Positions 30,753-45,416 are shown, counted from the first letter of the whole stretch. The stretch: DNA of 63,087 nt, filler included, from Klebsormidium nitens (GCA_000708835.1; 7 parts of 7 records of this genome joined end to end with filler, not necessarily neighbours in it), one strand, 5' to 3'. Made by a program: numbers and translations. Notes: generated by a model from the sequence alone, not told the origin.

Positions 30753-33700
30753 ATGGCGCGCAAGAAGATCCGCGAGTATGACTCAAAGCGCCTCCTGAAG
30801 GAACATATGAAACGGCTTGCCGGCGTTGAGCTCCCAATGAATGCAGCCCAGGTGAGCGGGTATGGAACACGAGGAAATCAGGCTTGAGGAGACTGTCCAG
30901 CTGAGAGGTTCTCAGCTCGCCTGCACATCAGACAGCTTTTGAAGTGGCTCATTGGAGGTCTTCTGTCCAGTTGCCAGTCTGGAAAGAAAGAATCCGACAA
31001 ACGCTCGTCAGTCTGTTGGCTTGTGCCTCCTGAAGTTGATCAACAAGTGAAGTAATTTGAGAGGAGCACAAGAAAACAAGCGGATCAGTGGGCATAGATG
31101 TATAATGGACATCAATGCCCTGCGTAGCTAAGGATTGCTGTCCATCTGTTTGTCCTTGGCAGGTCACTGCAGAGACGGACTGGTCCCAGCTGGCACGGGA
31201 CAACCCCTGGCTGACCAAGAGCAGGCTGGTGGTCAAGCCCGACATGCTGTTCGGCAAGCGTGGGAAGAGCGGCCTTGTGAGTGGACAAGAAGCACCTCAG
31301 CACTTGCATTTCCTGAATTGTTGGATCCTGCATTTGCAAGTCTTTCATCTTTTCACCTCACCTGCTGATAGTATAGGCCGCTGTCTGCTGACCATGTAAC
31401 TCCACAGAGAGGGCAGCTTCAGTGCTGTGTTTCTTGACGACAGACGTCACATTATGAGTAGATCAGTGTCGCTGCCACACGATGTGTCTGCAGGATGCAC
31501 CAAGGGCATGTTCACTGGCAGGCTCTGCTGACGCCAAAGGTGATGGACAAGTTTGAAGGACCAGGCTCACACTCAGCTCTTCGTAGTATTCCACAGCCTC
31601 CAGGCAGGGCCCTCGGGAATGTTTTCCAAGTTGTGTGTGCTGAAGATGGATGAGAAGGCTGAAGCGCTGCCCTTGCGTTGTGCTTGCCCAGGTTGGCCTC
31701 AACCTTGACCTGGAGGGCGTGGAGGAGTTTGTGGCGCAGCGGCTGGGCAAGAGCGTGGAGGTCAGCGGCACACGCGGCCCTGTCACCCACTTCATTGTGG
31801 AGCCATTTGTGCCCCACGACGACGAGTACTACCTGTCCATCACCTCACAGCGCCTGGGGTCGGATGTGCGCTTCTCGGATGCAGGGGGGGTCGAGATTGA
31901 AGAGAATTGGGACAAGGTGAGCGGGCGGGCAGAGGGTTCGGTGGGTGCACATGGCCATGACTGAGGAAGGTTCGCAGAGTGAAAGGCTGAGCCTGGGAAC
32001 TAGCCAATTGAGCACCCTACAAGTTGGGAGACCTTGAGATGTGCTGATGTCATTTCTTTGATGCTCTCAACACACACAACACCTGTCAGCAATTCCTTTG
32101 AAGCTGCTCTAGTGATCATACTTATACTGACCCATGAAGCTCCGCCATGATTTACAGAGAACCAACATCATTCATCATTAATCAAAGGTCGAGTTTCCAT
32201 TAGATAGGCAGTCATCATGTCATGCCCCTTGGCTCCCGTCGCTCCGCCCCACCCTGTGTCCTGTGTCTGTGCGCGCAGGTGAAGCACGTGTTTGTCCCGT
32301 CCGACAGCCCGCTGACCCCCGACCTGATGGCCCCCCTGATTGCCACGCTGCCGCTGGAGATCCACGACGTGATGCAGGCCTTCCTGGCGGCCGCGTTTGC
32401 GGTGTACACCGACCTCGACTTCTCCCTCCTCGAGATGAACCCCTTCACGCTCGTGGCCGGCCAGCCCTTCCCCCTCGACCTGCGCGGCGAGCTTGATGAC
32501 ACGGCGCAGTTCAAGGACTTCCAAAAGTGAGCCGCCCCCGATCGAGCCCCTCTCGACTGTGGTGAATCCGGCTTGCACACCGTTTGCCATCTCGATTGTG
32601 GTCGGAAGCATACACCGTGGTTTGGTTAGCTCGAGAATTGAAGCTGGCCTTGAAGGATGTGACGAGCTGCTGACGGGGTTCGTCGTGTCTGCTCGCAGGT
32701 GGGGCGACATCGAGTTCCCCCTCCCCTTCGGCCGCACCATGTCGCTGGCGGAGCACCACATCCACTCTCTCGACGAAAAGGTAGGGGCTCTTCCACCATA
32801 TTCGCCAGATCGCAATTGCGCCACTGGCCTCAGCATGCCCCAATGTAGAAGACGGGACCTTTGCCCAGCTGCAACGCATGGGAACCTCTTTTTGTTAGAG
32901 CATCACAAGTCCTGGTGTTGGTCCACAGAAGGTGCAACGTAGCTCGGATTTGTCAAGCTTGATGTTGCTTCTTGTATCATTGCCGAGGAGGCTTTCTGGC
33001 GCTGCTGTCTCTTTGGCACGACCTGCTCCGCTGTCCGATGCGGCTCCGCCCGTGCCTGTGCAGACGGGCGCCTCTCTGAAGCTAACCATCCTGAACCCCA
33101 AGGGCCGCATCTGGACCATGGTGGCGGGCGGGGGCGCCTCCGTCATCTACACCGACACCGTAAGCTCCACGCTCGCGACCAGCTTAAATCCACCTTGAAT
33201 CCACTCGCAGCAGCCACGTGCTAGGGTCGAGCAGCCCTACCTGGACAGCACACTCATGTGCTGCCGCTTGCCAAGACAACGAAAACAGTCCAGAAATATT
33301 ACGATCCGGAACTTGCTCCAATCAAAGTTTCCGTCTGGTATTTCCTCTCTGTCCCGCCCCCGACTTGGGTTTCCCCGTCCGCGTGCTGTGTTCGAGCCCG
33401 GACCCACAGCTGCGTCCCTGGTGTGTCCAGGTGGGCGACCTGGGGTACGCACACGAGCTGGGCAACTACGCCGAGTACAGCGGGGCGCCCAGCGAGGACG
33501 AGACGCTCAAGTACGCGCGCACGCTCGTGGACGTAAGAGATCACACGCCAGCTTCGGAGTGGCCAGGCTGCCTTCGTCATGCGCTGGATATGTCACCTTT
33601 ATCTAGTTGCATTTCAGTGCGCAATCTCTGTGCAGCCAGAATTTTCCAGACATATAGGCAGCGTTCTCATTTGGCTGTGCAGTGTGCGACGGCGGACCCG

Positions 33701-34138
33701 GACCCGCGGGCGCGCGCTCTGATCGTGGGGGGTGGCATTGCCAACTTCACTGACGTGGCGGCGACGTTCAACGGGATCATCAAGGCGTTCCGGGAGAAGC
33801 AGGAGCAGATCAAGGCGGCGCACATGCGCATCTTCGTGCGGCGAGGGGGGCCCAACTACAAGACGGGGCTGCAGAAGATGAAGGAGCTCGGAACCGAGAT
33901 CGGAGTGCCGATTGAGGTGAGCCGGCGCGCGTGGGCCCGAAGCAGTTGAAGAGAACGACCCGCTCGGACGGAGGCTCTCGTGATTGGCTGGAGGCAGAGT
34001 GGACGGATTGCGCCTCCAGCTTCCTGACTCCCTGTGTTTATATTTCTGCAGGTATATGGACCCGAAGCCAGCATGACCGGCATCTGTAAAAAAGCAATCG
34101 ACTTCATCAAGGAGGCCGATGCAAAGGTGTCCAAGTAA
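30753..34138 (+). CDS. ACLA: ATP-citrate lyase A subunit (ATP-citrate synthase alpha chain), 9 exons, ~428 aa
   Basis: Exons 30753-30851, 31163-31276, 31692-31916, 32279-32526, 32699-32780, 33064-33159, 33431-33532, 33683-33916 and 34052-34138 splice in frame via [83 protein letters not shown]. Confidence 0.97.
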
Positions 34139-35575
34139 TGAAGTGTGTGTTGAACGACTGGGATTACAGACTTTTACAAGTCAGCAGCAGTTACCAGTAA
34201 CGGTAAGAGGAAACGTTATTCAGAAACCGGCGAAGTCTCCCGCGCAGATGTTACTGACAGCCTGGCACGGTTAAATTTGATTTTCAGCATCCCTCATGTT
34301 ACGAACTCTCACATGACCGAGAGTGTGGACATCCTCTAACGCCAAAACCAACCGCAGTTCATTCAAGGTGCGTCTGTACTGAAATTTGTATCGAAGTTTC
34401 TCAGGACACTTGAGCGAGAACGTAGACTTTCAAGGCGAGATGTACAGGGCGTCTCCAAGAAGCCTAAGCTGCAGATATGTCTAAAGCATGCTTTTCCCGA
34501 CTGTCTAACTGTCTGCTTCTGCGGCCCTTCCGGCCCGTCAGACTCGAATGATCTGTGCATGGCTTTGTAATCAATATGACCCTTTCAATCAGTAAACATG
34601 GATTCCAACCCAACCTCAACTTGAAGCCTAAAGCTCTGATAAATCCATTTGAGCTGGCACCCACGGCAGGCACGAGGACGACCAACGTTTCTTCATGGTG
34701 CGGTTTTTGAGATCGACTTGAGAATGGTAAACCGACCACTGGTTCCTTTGATCATGTATACACTGCTTAATTACACTTCATAGATGGAATGGCAATTTTA
34801 TTTGCACACATGAACCACGAGCATCCGCGTCAAGCTAGATGATCAGATTGATTAACAATCCACCATATAGTGCACGTGCGAATCTTAATTTGCGGTGAGA
34901 GCTGTGTGCCTCGTGCCGAGTATACATCTGGTTAATCTAGTTCGAGTCGATCTCCACTCATGGGCCCTCAGCGCCCTCGGTCGTGCCAGGCCGACAAGAC
35001 TTCTTATATATGCAACTCGTGGCATGCACTTGAATTGCCTGGCGCGTGCCAATACCAAATCAAAAAGATAAGTTTTGCGCGATCGAGCTTGCCGTTGCAG
35101 CTTGTATAGGGTTGGACTTGTCAGACCCAGTGCGGCATGGGTGCTGCATTACCACTCACCTGGCCAGACTCAGATGCAAACCAAAACTTCGTAGGCATTT
35201 GCACGTCCGTATCTACGGGACATATGAGCTTGTCAGAATCTTCGCATGCAGTTAGCACGAGCAGTTTCATGTGCTCGGGATACTGTGCATTGAGGTATTG
35301 GAAAGCATCTTGATTCAACTTCCAGTAAGACGCTTCCTACGCTCATAGCACCGCGTGTGCCTTCACCTCAACTTAATACCGTTCACTTAAATATGACGGA
35401 GACCATGGCCGGAAACTGTCTCTTCGCCGTGGACTGTCCTCCTTCGCACTGCTCGCAGCCACTTTGGGGCGCCCATCGCGGCATGTTCCGACGACCTGCA
35501 CCAGATGGTGACCCGTCTCCATTTGTAAAGGCCGTCGTTATTGTCATGAAGCAAGATCTCCCCAGTCGAGGCGTC

Positions 35576-38500
35576 TTAAGTGCATTTTAATTTCGATTGC
35601 CTGCAATATCTAGAACGGTATAAAAAGGCGTGGCTGCGGCGGTGCCTCACGTCGTGGTACGGCCTGGTCTGCTGCAGCTGGCGGCGCAGGTCCGCCGTCC
35701 TTTTGGCGTGGCCGGCCTTGGCGCGGGCCAGCTTGCGCTGCTCCTGCCGCCGCCACACCGCGTTCAGCCGCACCTGCACGCACCGCCACACACAAGCGTC
35801 AATGCACGCGACCAAACGGGTGGCCCCCGAGCGACCTGCGCCAGAATGCAGAAGCGACCCCGCCGACGTGATATGCGGAGGGCTCGGGCAAGGAAAGTTG
35901 AGTGGTGGACAAGTAACCGACCGCCTCTCAGCTGTCGTACCAAAGGTGGTCACAGAAGGCCAGTCCTCAACGCCCAATTAGAAGCATCTACGTGGCTCAC
36001 ACTAAAACAGCCCCGAAGTTTCTATCACCCAGAGGATCATGAACTTAAGCGAGTCTCGCCCAGAAAGTTGCGCTTGACGCAGACGCCTGACGGAGATGTA
36101 GGCTCCAGCCTCGAGAATGAGCATCGCTTCCCGTTGCGAGAATTGCGGCAGCGGCCTCACCAGCAGGCCGTGCAGTGGCGGGAGCGGCAGGGCAGGCACG
36201 TGCGCAGCACAGAAGGACGCCACCAGGTCGAACGCCTCCGCAGGCACCCTGCACAAAGCGGCCGTCGATATTAGCCAGCCTGCCATCTCTGAGTCCAAGT
36301 CATGCAGGAACCCGTCAGAGTCCGAGGTGTTAGTCGCGCGGACTGAGGCACCCAAGTACGGCCCAACGTTGGCAGTGACGCCCTCGAGTCAAGATAATCC
36401 AAGCCGTGTGCGCCCCCTTGACGACGGGCTCACCAGTTGGCGCCTTCGCGGCCCGGCACAATGGGGACCCGGTCGCTTGAGTCCGCGTACTTGTCGAGCA
36501 GCGCCTGGCGGAGGACAACCGACCAGGGGGACGCGTCAAAGCGAGACAAAAAATGGTGAAGCAAGGACAAAGCCACGGCGACTTTGGTTGATTGCCCATG
36601 ATAGACGGCTGATCGGGCAACGAAACATCCCCTGGCCTGGCTGCTGCGCGGGGCAGGCGCTCACCTGCAGCTCCGCGGCCCCGTCTTGCGTTGCCGGCAG
36701 GTACACACCACCGTCCGCATCCTCGAGCTCTGCGCAGCACCGCGTGCACGGTAGGTTAGGACGGGGACAAGAGTGCGGCCCGTTGTGGCTTTCGTGGCCG
36801 TCACGTGCGCAATGAGGATGCAACAAAAGGAAGCAGGATTGACCTTCTCGAAGTCTCCGGTTTCCGCTCGTTGGTCGCTCTTTCTACGCTCGTCGGTCGC
36901 TCCAACTTGCAGCCGTTGTGATCTCAGCCCGCTTCGCGTGGTGCCGGCCTACCTTGCAGGAGCGTCTGGAAGTACGGCCCGTGCTGCAGCAGCGCGGCCA
37001 GGCGCGCGTTGTCGGCCCACACCTGGTCCGTGCTCAGCTGCTGCCGCCGCCACTCCGCCCCCGCCGCAGCTACCGCGGCAGCATCTTCGCGCGCCCCCGC
37101 CACTGCGAGCTCCAGCTCCGCGATCACGCCGCGCTGCTCCTCACACACCGCGAGAGCGGACGCAGCCTCGGCCTCCGCCTGGATGCCCGACAGCACACGG
37201 GGATTCATGGGGAGGACACGTAAGAGAGGAAGGAACAGGCAGACCCACAACAACGATGGAAGCAGCTGACTCTGTGAAACTCTAGCTAAAATCTTGGCCT
37301 CTCATGGTCGTGGCAACTCCCTTCCGAAGACGTTGCTTGAGGACCCACCAGAGTGCCAGCTGGCGGGAGCCTGATCCCCTGTGGTACCCTCTACAGCAGC
37401 ACTTGTGCGCTCTGCTCCACGGGACTACATCTGAAACAGGGGGTCGGCCAACCAACTCTCCACGACCCAGATATGCGAGCTTGCCCCCTGCATCTGCCCG
37501 TTTGGAACCATCCTCGTTCTCGCCTCCCCTCTCCTCCTTGTGCTGCGTGCCCCTCACCTGCGTGGTGCGCCCCGTCTCGCGCTTTAGCGCGTCCTCGAGT
37601 GCTGCTGCGCGCTGGTCCTGCAGCTCGGCCCGCTGCTGGTGCAGCGCCGCCTGCTCCTCCAGCTGCCCCACCGCCGCCCGCCACCCCGCCGCCGCAGCCG
37701 ACTCCGCCGACTCTGCTGAGCGCAGCCTGCGCACACACACAGGTATGAGCATGGGGGGTGACCGGGGCAGGGCCCCTAGGACCTGGATGGGCCAGGGGAA
37801 GGAGCCGCTCGTCTGTTTGACCTTGGTCAGTGTGCCACCACTGTCGGAAGGTGGATCAGCTTGCCGGCGCCCATGCCTGCCCAGTGGTGTTCCGAAGACC
37901 CTCGATGCTTTCGTTGTGGCTTGCTTTTAGGTCCACAATTCCAGCACCGTATCCGTGGATCTCTAAACTAGGCAACACCTTATCCAGTGTCCTACCAGTC
38001 TGGTACTGAAAGGAGAACGGCGTGCTGCAGTACTGGCCCTGGCAACCTGCAGCTACTAAATGCTCTCCTCGTGGTAGGCTTGACAGCGCTCCCCATGAGC
38101 CAGCCCAAACACGCATGACACTCTCGGATGTGGTGGCCTGTGTGTCGTGTCCCCTTTGCCGCGCGCTCACCTGTCGTGGAGGCGTTCCAGCTCCCCTCGC
38201 TGCTGCGCCACAACCCCCTCCAGCGCGCCTGCCGCTGCCACTGCGTCCTCCGCATGCCGCACCGCTTCCTGTGGTCAGGCACAGTCAGTCAGATTGGCAT
38301 GGACCAATCTGGGCTTGACACTCACTGTGGCCTATGCAGACAGGCCACCAAGGCCCGCTGACCCCTTCAAGGACCATGAGATCGGCCAGCCTTTAAGGTG
38401 TCAGTACAGACTTGCTGTCACAGGCGCAGGAGTTGCGGTCCCCTCACCTCGTACTTGAGCACACTGGCGTTGCGCTCCTGCCGCAGCTTGCGCGCCAGGC

Positions 38501-40709
38501 AGTGACTGCAGGCAGCGGTCAGGCAAGAGCAGAGTCAGCCACAAAGCGGCACCAACGCCAGACACAACGAGGAATCAACAAAGCAGATGTACAGCATGAC
38601 ACTGGATTAAAAGCGGGGGCTGCTCGTGTGGGCCAGATAGAGAATGGGGGCTGCTGGGGCACGAGAGTGTACCTGAAGCGCAGGCGATCTTTGAGGTCCA
38701 CCGCCAGGCCCGCCAGGGTGGCAGGGCCGTCTCTCTCCTCCGCCTGCACACTGACACCGCGTCAGCGACTGCGGGGCAGCTCAGGCAATTGAGGACGGAG
38801 CAGGGGACACGACAAGCTTGTGCCCCAGTCCTATGGCCAGTGAGAACATACTTCCTAGAAGCCCACAATTGGCCGCGCGACCTTTTCAGGATAGCTGAAG
38901 TTGGGGCTCTCACCTGGGCAATGAGGCCATCCGCCAGCTGGGCCTGGCAGTCCGCCAGCGCCTCCGCCCGAGCCTCCAGCTCCTCTTGCGTGCTGCGCAG
39001 CAGCTGCAGCAGGCGTGCCTTTTCTGAACGCCATGCCTGCCACAGACACAAGGAGGGGAATGCACGCGGTTAGGAGTGTGGGGCCACCTTCTCCAAGTGT
39101 AGTCGAGTAGCCACTGCCTTGCATGAAGGGACCAGAGTGGGGGGGAGGTTCGAGCACAGACCACTAAGGCTCCCCTTCTGCAATTGAAGACTTTGATCGT
39201 ACTGCATCACCCAATGTCTCTGCATTGTCTTTTTGTAGGCAAGACAGTGGACTTACCCCTCCGTGCTTCTCCCTGGTGCGGCGGCCGTCTTCATCAGCAG
39301 AGCCAGGGCTGTGCCCGGACCTCTCATCCCCATTCTGCTTGACCTTCATCGTGGCCCTTGAAAGTGAGAATGTTGTGAAAATCAGCCGATTGCCTGAACA
39401 TATAGGAGCTGGATATGGCCTCCAGGCTGGTCACCTGGAATGCTGCCCCGCCTCTGCGCTAAGTAGCGGCTGCGTTAGGCATGAAAAGGTCAGGAGGCAA
39501 GGGTCAACGGCATGAGAATAAGGGTTTGACTTTTAGGGTTGTAGCCAAGGCTGTGAGCTGGAGCTCCCCGCCTGCATGAGCTAACCTCACACTTTCTTCT
39601 CAAAATCGAATCCTTTGAAGAATGCCTGGCCGTAGTATTTAAATGGGAGCGGCAGGGTTTCTGCTGGTGGGTTGAACCGTGCTGCTGCATTGGGATGTTT
39701 CTCCCACACTGCCGACGTGTGGTTGTGAAAGTGGCAGCCCTCTGGGATGCCAGGAGAGGGCACGCATGGCTCGTCCTTTGCAGCCTGCGCCTCCCTGCCC
39801 AACCGTGCACCCATCAGCCTAGTCAAGGTCAAGACCTCACCGTTTACCTAGCTGGACACTGATCAACAAGAGCCGCCCGCCCAAGCAAGGAAGGTTTGGT
39901 GCCAGCGCCACGCCCTCGCCACGCTAACTCGAGCTGCGAACGACGAGCTGAACCCTAGCCGCTGAACTAGACTGGGCGGTCCACGAAGAACGTAGTGACC
40001 GGACGGCGCCGGGACGGCATAGAGCAGGCCGCGCGCGCAGCGCGGCCTCAAAACCTGAGACTGCATGAGCCTGAGGCTGAGGCGTCTTAGACTTGAGTCC
40101 AACTTCAAGTTGCTTGCGAGCAGACGGCTTGCTCACACTTCGAAGATCCTGCGGCCACCCTGCTCCAAGTGGCGGTGCTCGTGCTCGTTGGGCCGTCTGC
40201 CGCAGCGCTGTGGCCGGTGGGTTCGTGATGGCTGGGGTGGTGCCCGCCCGCCTGGCCGCGGGTTCCTTGCAGGGTGCTCTGCCCTTGATGCGTGTAGAGC
40301 AGCCGCGCTGCCGACGGGCTGCGGCTCCAGCAGCTGCGCTCCCCCCACTGGCCAGCGCGTCCCAGCCCTGGGGCCACAGCATTGGGCAGGCGGCGGGGCG
40401 ATACTCTGAGTGTTGCGCTCCCCAGCCCTCCTGCGACAGCTGTGGATTGGGCTCTGCTTCTTTCCTTTCTGGTGTCCACTCTTTACGTGGTGCCAGCAGT
40501 GGCAGCGTGGGCCTAGCGGGGGACGTGTTGACCTTCACAGAGAAGGACGTGCGGCGAAGGGGCAGCGTGCAGTGCGCGGCAGGGAAGAAGGTGACCAAGA
40601 AGAAGAGGACCGGGGGGGGCGCATTTGGGGCGGGAGGGGCAGGACCCAGAGAAAGTGAGGCAGCGGGACTGTAGTTGGTAAACTGAACCTTTTCCTTTCG
40701 GACCATCAT
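35576..40709 (-). CDS. Multi-exon uncharacterised coiled-coil protein; ends uncertain
   Basis: A series of Ala/Glu/Gln/Arg-rich exons bounded by cag|...|gtgag (e.g. AWRSEKARLLQLLRSTQEELEARAEALADCQAQL, AAVGQLEEQAALHQQRAELQDQ, VRLNAVWRRQEQRKLARAK). No named family recognised. Confidence 0.55.
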
Positions 40710-40742
40710 AGGGGTTGATGCTGGTGTCAGTCAGAATGGGTA

Positions 40743-43700
40743 ATGCTGCGGGGTTTGCGCCACTTAGTAATGCATTTCCTATACGAGGTCGGTTCCTGGC
40801 CAGTAGCCGGTAACGGTGGTGGTTCCAGCGGTGGTGTTACACAACCAAGGGACATGCCTATGCTACAGACAGAATTCAAGCCTTTGCATCGCAACTGGAG
40901 CCATTGCGCTCAAGAAGTATGCTGCATTTCTACCTTATTGCTTGCTTCACTTGGCAGGCTGTTGGATCATTTTTTCATGCCACTTTTGGGCCTCTTCAGG
41001 ATCTTTGCTACGGCCGATGGGGTCATCGCCACTTGTTCTGCGGTGGTGCACAGGTATCACGGCCCACAAAGTACGCCTGTGGCCCTGCACAGTTTTTTTG
41101 CTGCATTTTGACCCTTTTCTGTTTGTGGCAGCCCCTGCGGTGTTGCTGCGACGAGCGAGTGAGCTGTACGAGACATTGATGCGGCCGGAGCTGCTGGAGG
41201 AGGGCCTTGTGCGCGAGTACGTGGTGTGTGCGCGCCTCATCCTGGGTGAGGAGCCCCTGCCGGAGGCGGTGCGCACGCTGCAGCTGCTGCACGACTGGCT
41301 GCCCGTGGCGGAGCTGGCGTTCCTCTCCGCGCAGGAGGACAACGTTGCGCAGATGCTGCCCCTCATGAAGAGGTGAGCCGCACCGCTGGGGCCTCGGGGC
41401 CAGCCCAGCCATACGACCACCAGGCGCAGTGCCTAAAGGATGTTAGCTTGTATTTGTGGGATTGATCAGGCCTTGTTCAAGTCAGCTTCGTTACTCACCC
41501 ACATTCAAGGGCCCGCCAGGCTGCTTGATCGAATCAGTGCCGGCTGGTTCGTCTGCTCAACAGGTGCAGGAGACACGCGCGAGGTAGCTCTTGCCCCTGT
41601 TCCGCGAATAGGCGCACAACCTTTGTGGCAGGGTGGTCAAAACAGCGCAGCTTGGGTTGTGACGGACGCGGCATTTGCTCAGGGACAATGACTCATCTAC
41701 TCCCTTGATTAGTTGTTTGTGTGCCTTCGAAGCTGGAAATGTCGAGAGCTGAACAGAAGCTGGTGTAGATTGTGTTCAGGAATCACGAATCCTCTCCAGG
41801 AGGGGCACCGCATCGCAGCGGTGAGCTCGTGTGGCTGCCCTGGCTGTTTCTGATGCGGTGGGTGCGGTTGCGCGCAGGGAGATCTGCGAGTGCGTGCAGC
41901 GGGCGGTGCCAGAGGCCAAGAACGTGCCCCGCACCATGTAAGCCCCTTGGCCCGCCCTGGACTGTGAAGGCGACGCAAAGAAAGCGTGGTCATGCGACAG
42001 CTGCTTAGGAGGCGTTCGGTGGGGTTCCTGTCTTGTGGGAGGTCTCTCGCCTGCTGTCCTGATTACCACCCTGAAACAGGGTTCTAGCCAATAAGGTGCC
42101 TTTTCATTTCAACAAGGCCAATGATTCTTCGGCAGAGGATCTTTGAGGGGAGATTGAATGGGAAATTCGATGGCCCCTTTCTAGCTTCGGAGAGCTCTGG
42201 AGAGAAGCCGGGCGTGTTTCCTGTGAGAGACTGGAATTTGATGATCCGTGTGCAAATCTGCTAATGTCTGCCGGTGCTCGCTCTAGTAGTGGGTCTGTAC
42301 AAGTCTTCGTTTTTGGGCTCCACTTTCGGGCAGAATGTGTACTTCGTAAGGCCCTGGGTGGAGCGCTCTGTTTGGATGCGGCTCAGGTATTGCATCTTGA
42401 TTCTGAGTTTGTGCTTCAGGCAGGCAGCCTTTCGGTTTTGCGGCCATTAATATGCCTTTTGAGCTTCAATATGTATGTCAAACGCAAACCCGAGATTGTT
42501 ACGATTGTTGCTTCCTTTACTGTCTGGGCTGTCTCCGCAGCAGGTGAGGGCTTTGTGTCTGGGCTTGCCACCTCCGAGTATGTCAGGAGCAGCCTGTAAC
42601 TCTGTAAGGGCGACCTTGGTGAATAGGCTAGGTGGTACCCGTGGTTGGGGGGTGGAGTTTCGTCGGAGGTGTCAGTCGACAATTCCGGTTGACAACTCGT
42701 CTGGCCCAGCTATCGGATACCACTTGTGCAGGATGCACTGGTGCGTTGTTGCCATCAGTGGACAGTGCCTACGAAGGCGCACCGGCGGTGGATCCCTCTT
42801 GCTGTAGCCCGTTTGTTCGCTGCTGGGCGGCGGCTGACTGGCGGTGTTTGTGCAGGCTGGAGTACGCGTACGAGAAGCGCGAGAGCTTTGTGAAGCACGT
42901 GCTGGAGAACGTGGACAACAGCAGCCGCGAGGCGGCACCCAGCGAGCAGGACCCCTTTGCAGTGCTGGGCCTCAGCCGGGGGGCCGGCTCACAGCAGGTG
43001 AGGGGGGGGGTGGAACACCCGCGACCAGCAACGGGTCAAGGAGCAATAGCAAAGACCCAGCTGACTGTCTATCTTAACCGTCTTTTTCCAGTTTTGAAGA
43101 GAGTGAAAGCGGAAAGGGAAAAGAAGGATGAAACTCAGAAGCCGTATTTGAGACAACTGATCATACCTATCAGGCAAAGAGGAAAAGACTCAGCCGAGAA
43201 GGGGACTCTCGCATTTCCGTTAACGGGCCCCAGCTGCGGTTGTGGGCTCAAGGAGCCGCGGAGCTGACGTGGTGCGCGGGTGCGTGGTTGGGTGCAGGTG
43301 CGCACGGCGTACCGCGCGATGGCGGCCATCTACCACCCCGACAGGAACCCCGCCGCCGACGCCGCAGCCAAGTACATGCAGGTGAGCAGCACGCAGGGCC
43401 AGCGCTGCCCGCCCACCAGACCAGGCAGGCACACTGCGGGAAGTGCAAGTATGGCGGTCGCTCTGTGTTGCAGCCACCTGGACAATCTTCCTTTTGATGC
43501 TCCGCTCTCGCTCACGTGGTGCTGCTGCATGGCGCAGGTGACCAAGGCTTACGAGCAGCTGAAAGCCGGAGGGGGGACGGCAGGCTCCGGCTTCTCTGCG
43601 TATGCGTCCATTGGCGGGCGGGAGCGGGACGACTTGCACGGGCCCATTGACATGAGCAAGTCGGTGAAGCAGGTGGGGGACGGCAAGGAGATTGCAGTGC

Positions 43701-43813
43701 GGCCCCTTGACGAGGACATTGTGGGCAAGTTCGCGGCGCGCGCGCACTCGGTCGCTATGAAGCGGAGCACCATGGTCGACCGGACCAGGCGCGCCCAAAC
43801 AGTCGCAGCGTAG
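40743..43813 (+). CDS. DnaJ (J-domain) protein with a C-terminal J domain; 5' end uncertain
   Basis: Exons 41132-41372, 41878-41937, 42856-42997, 43298-43381 and 43538-43813 splice in frame to DPFAVLGLSRGAGSQQVRTAYRAMAAIYHPDRNP...YMQVTKAYEQL (HPD motif intact). Confidence 0.8.
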
Positions 43814-45137
43814 CTAACACGCACCATACGTGACCCGGAGGCTCTTGCAGGTTGCATTCTTTCTAGGACAGGTTTAGTACATAAGCTATGATACTCAATT
43901 GGTCGTCAAGGAGCGGTCAAATGACGTTCTTTGATTCCAAGGAACGTTGAAGTCTTCTTCACGTGTCGTGTATTGTGCACATCATTTGGGATGGTCCTTT
44001 CGTCTGCCCAGTATGACAAGCGCGGCAGGATTGTGTACTACAGTAATTTGTACGATTCTATCGTGTTATAGCATGGGAGGCCAGATATCTATACGCTTTT
44101 GAACGTGACCCCTTTGTGGTTGGGTTGAGTATCATCTTACATCATGCTGGCGGCCCTGCATCAAGCTATCTGCGACATCACCAGCAGCTGCCAGATCATG
44201 TGCGTTCGATTTCACAACTTAATCTGATCACCCCATGGCACTTGCTAGGTACTCGGTAAGATGTGCAGGCGCTGCGAAGCCAGAAAGCATTATGTACTCA
44301 TTCATCTCTGGCATGTATTTTGGCCGCCCCTGGAGTGTCGGCCGCCACTATTCCAAAAGAAGCCATGTCCAAAAAGTTGGCGACGTGTCGGATACAAGTT
44401 GAGACCGAATCGGGTGAAACGCGACCTTTTGCTGATACATGATGGACGGTCTCACTCCGATCATTGGTCTCTGTAGGGGACTCTTACAGAGTCTTCAGGA
44501 CCCATCCCGGCAATCTGATTGGTCGATACCGAGGTTTCAGACTCCGCATGTACATTGCAGCTAGGTTGGTGTTAATGATAAGGACCGAGGCAGACTGTGA
44601 TGTGGTGTCAAGGCTCCGCGCCGAGCCGCAGTCTGAATTGGTTGGCATGTCACTTCCTCCGGGTTTTTGGTAGTGATAATGCTGTACTCGTAGGCAGCAC
44701 TGTGAGTGGTCGCACCAGTTTTATTGTTTGTGTCAATATATCTTAGGAACAGCAGCGGGTTATGAAAAAGTGACACTATGAGCAGCGTTCAGTGCACAAA
44801 TGCACGCCTGGAGGCCTGTTTGCCCGAGCTCGCATCGATATTGCAACTGGTGTCAAGCAGTCAAGTTGAGCGTGCACGTTGAGGTCGTTTGCACCAGGTT
44901 CGACAGTTTGGTGAGCGATTGGAAATGTCAGTAGATGCGGGAATGTGCTTCGAGCTTGCCTCTGTTGACACTACAAAGCATCCGGGGGCCCAAGAGCCCC
45001 CGGCACGCCTAGTTTCGTTCTCCCGTACGTAGCCAAATAGGCCATTGAACTCGATCGAGGCTTCTCATGGCATACATATATGAAGTTTGTGTGTCTAACT
45101 TTGCCAGGGGACTACAGCGAAAGTATCACTAGACTAT

Positions 45138-45416
45138 AGGCCTATCCTGGGCCCGGAGGTCGCAGAGTCGCGGTGAAAGTCGCGGACGAAAGTCGCGCAA
45201 AGTCGCGGAAAGTCGCGGAACGTCGCGCAGATCTGCAAATATCTAAATGCAAATCATTCTTGAAAACATGTTTGTCAAAGCTTTGTAAGGTTTCGATGAA
45301 AGTCGCGAAGATCGCGAAACAAAGTCGCGGAGCAGTCGCGTAAAGTCGCGCAGAATCGCGGAAAGTCGCGCAACGTCGCGGGCAACTTTGGCAACCTCCG
45401 GGCCCAGGATAGGCCT
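45138..45416. mobile_element. MITE with 23-bp perfect TIRs and internal (AAA)GTCGCG arrays
   Basis: aggcctatcctgggcccggaggt (45138-45160) / acctccgggcccaggataggcct (45394-45416), flanked on both sides by GACTAT. Confidence 0.85.

Noticed and set aside
45160-45393. GTCGCG repeats here and the 15-bp array at 47306 as CRISPR-like arrays
   Set aside because: The repeats are too short, have no unique spacers of regular length and no cas genes, and the first array lies inside TIR-bounded DNA.
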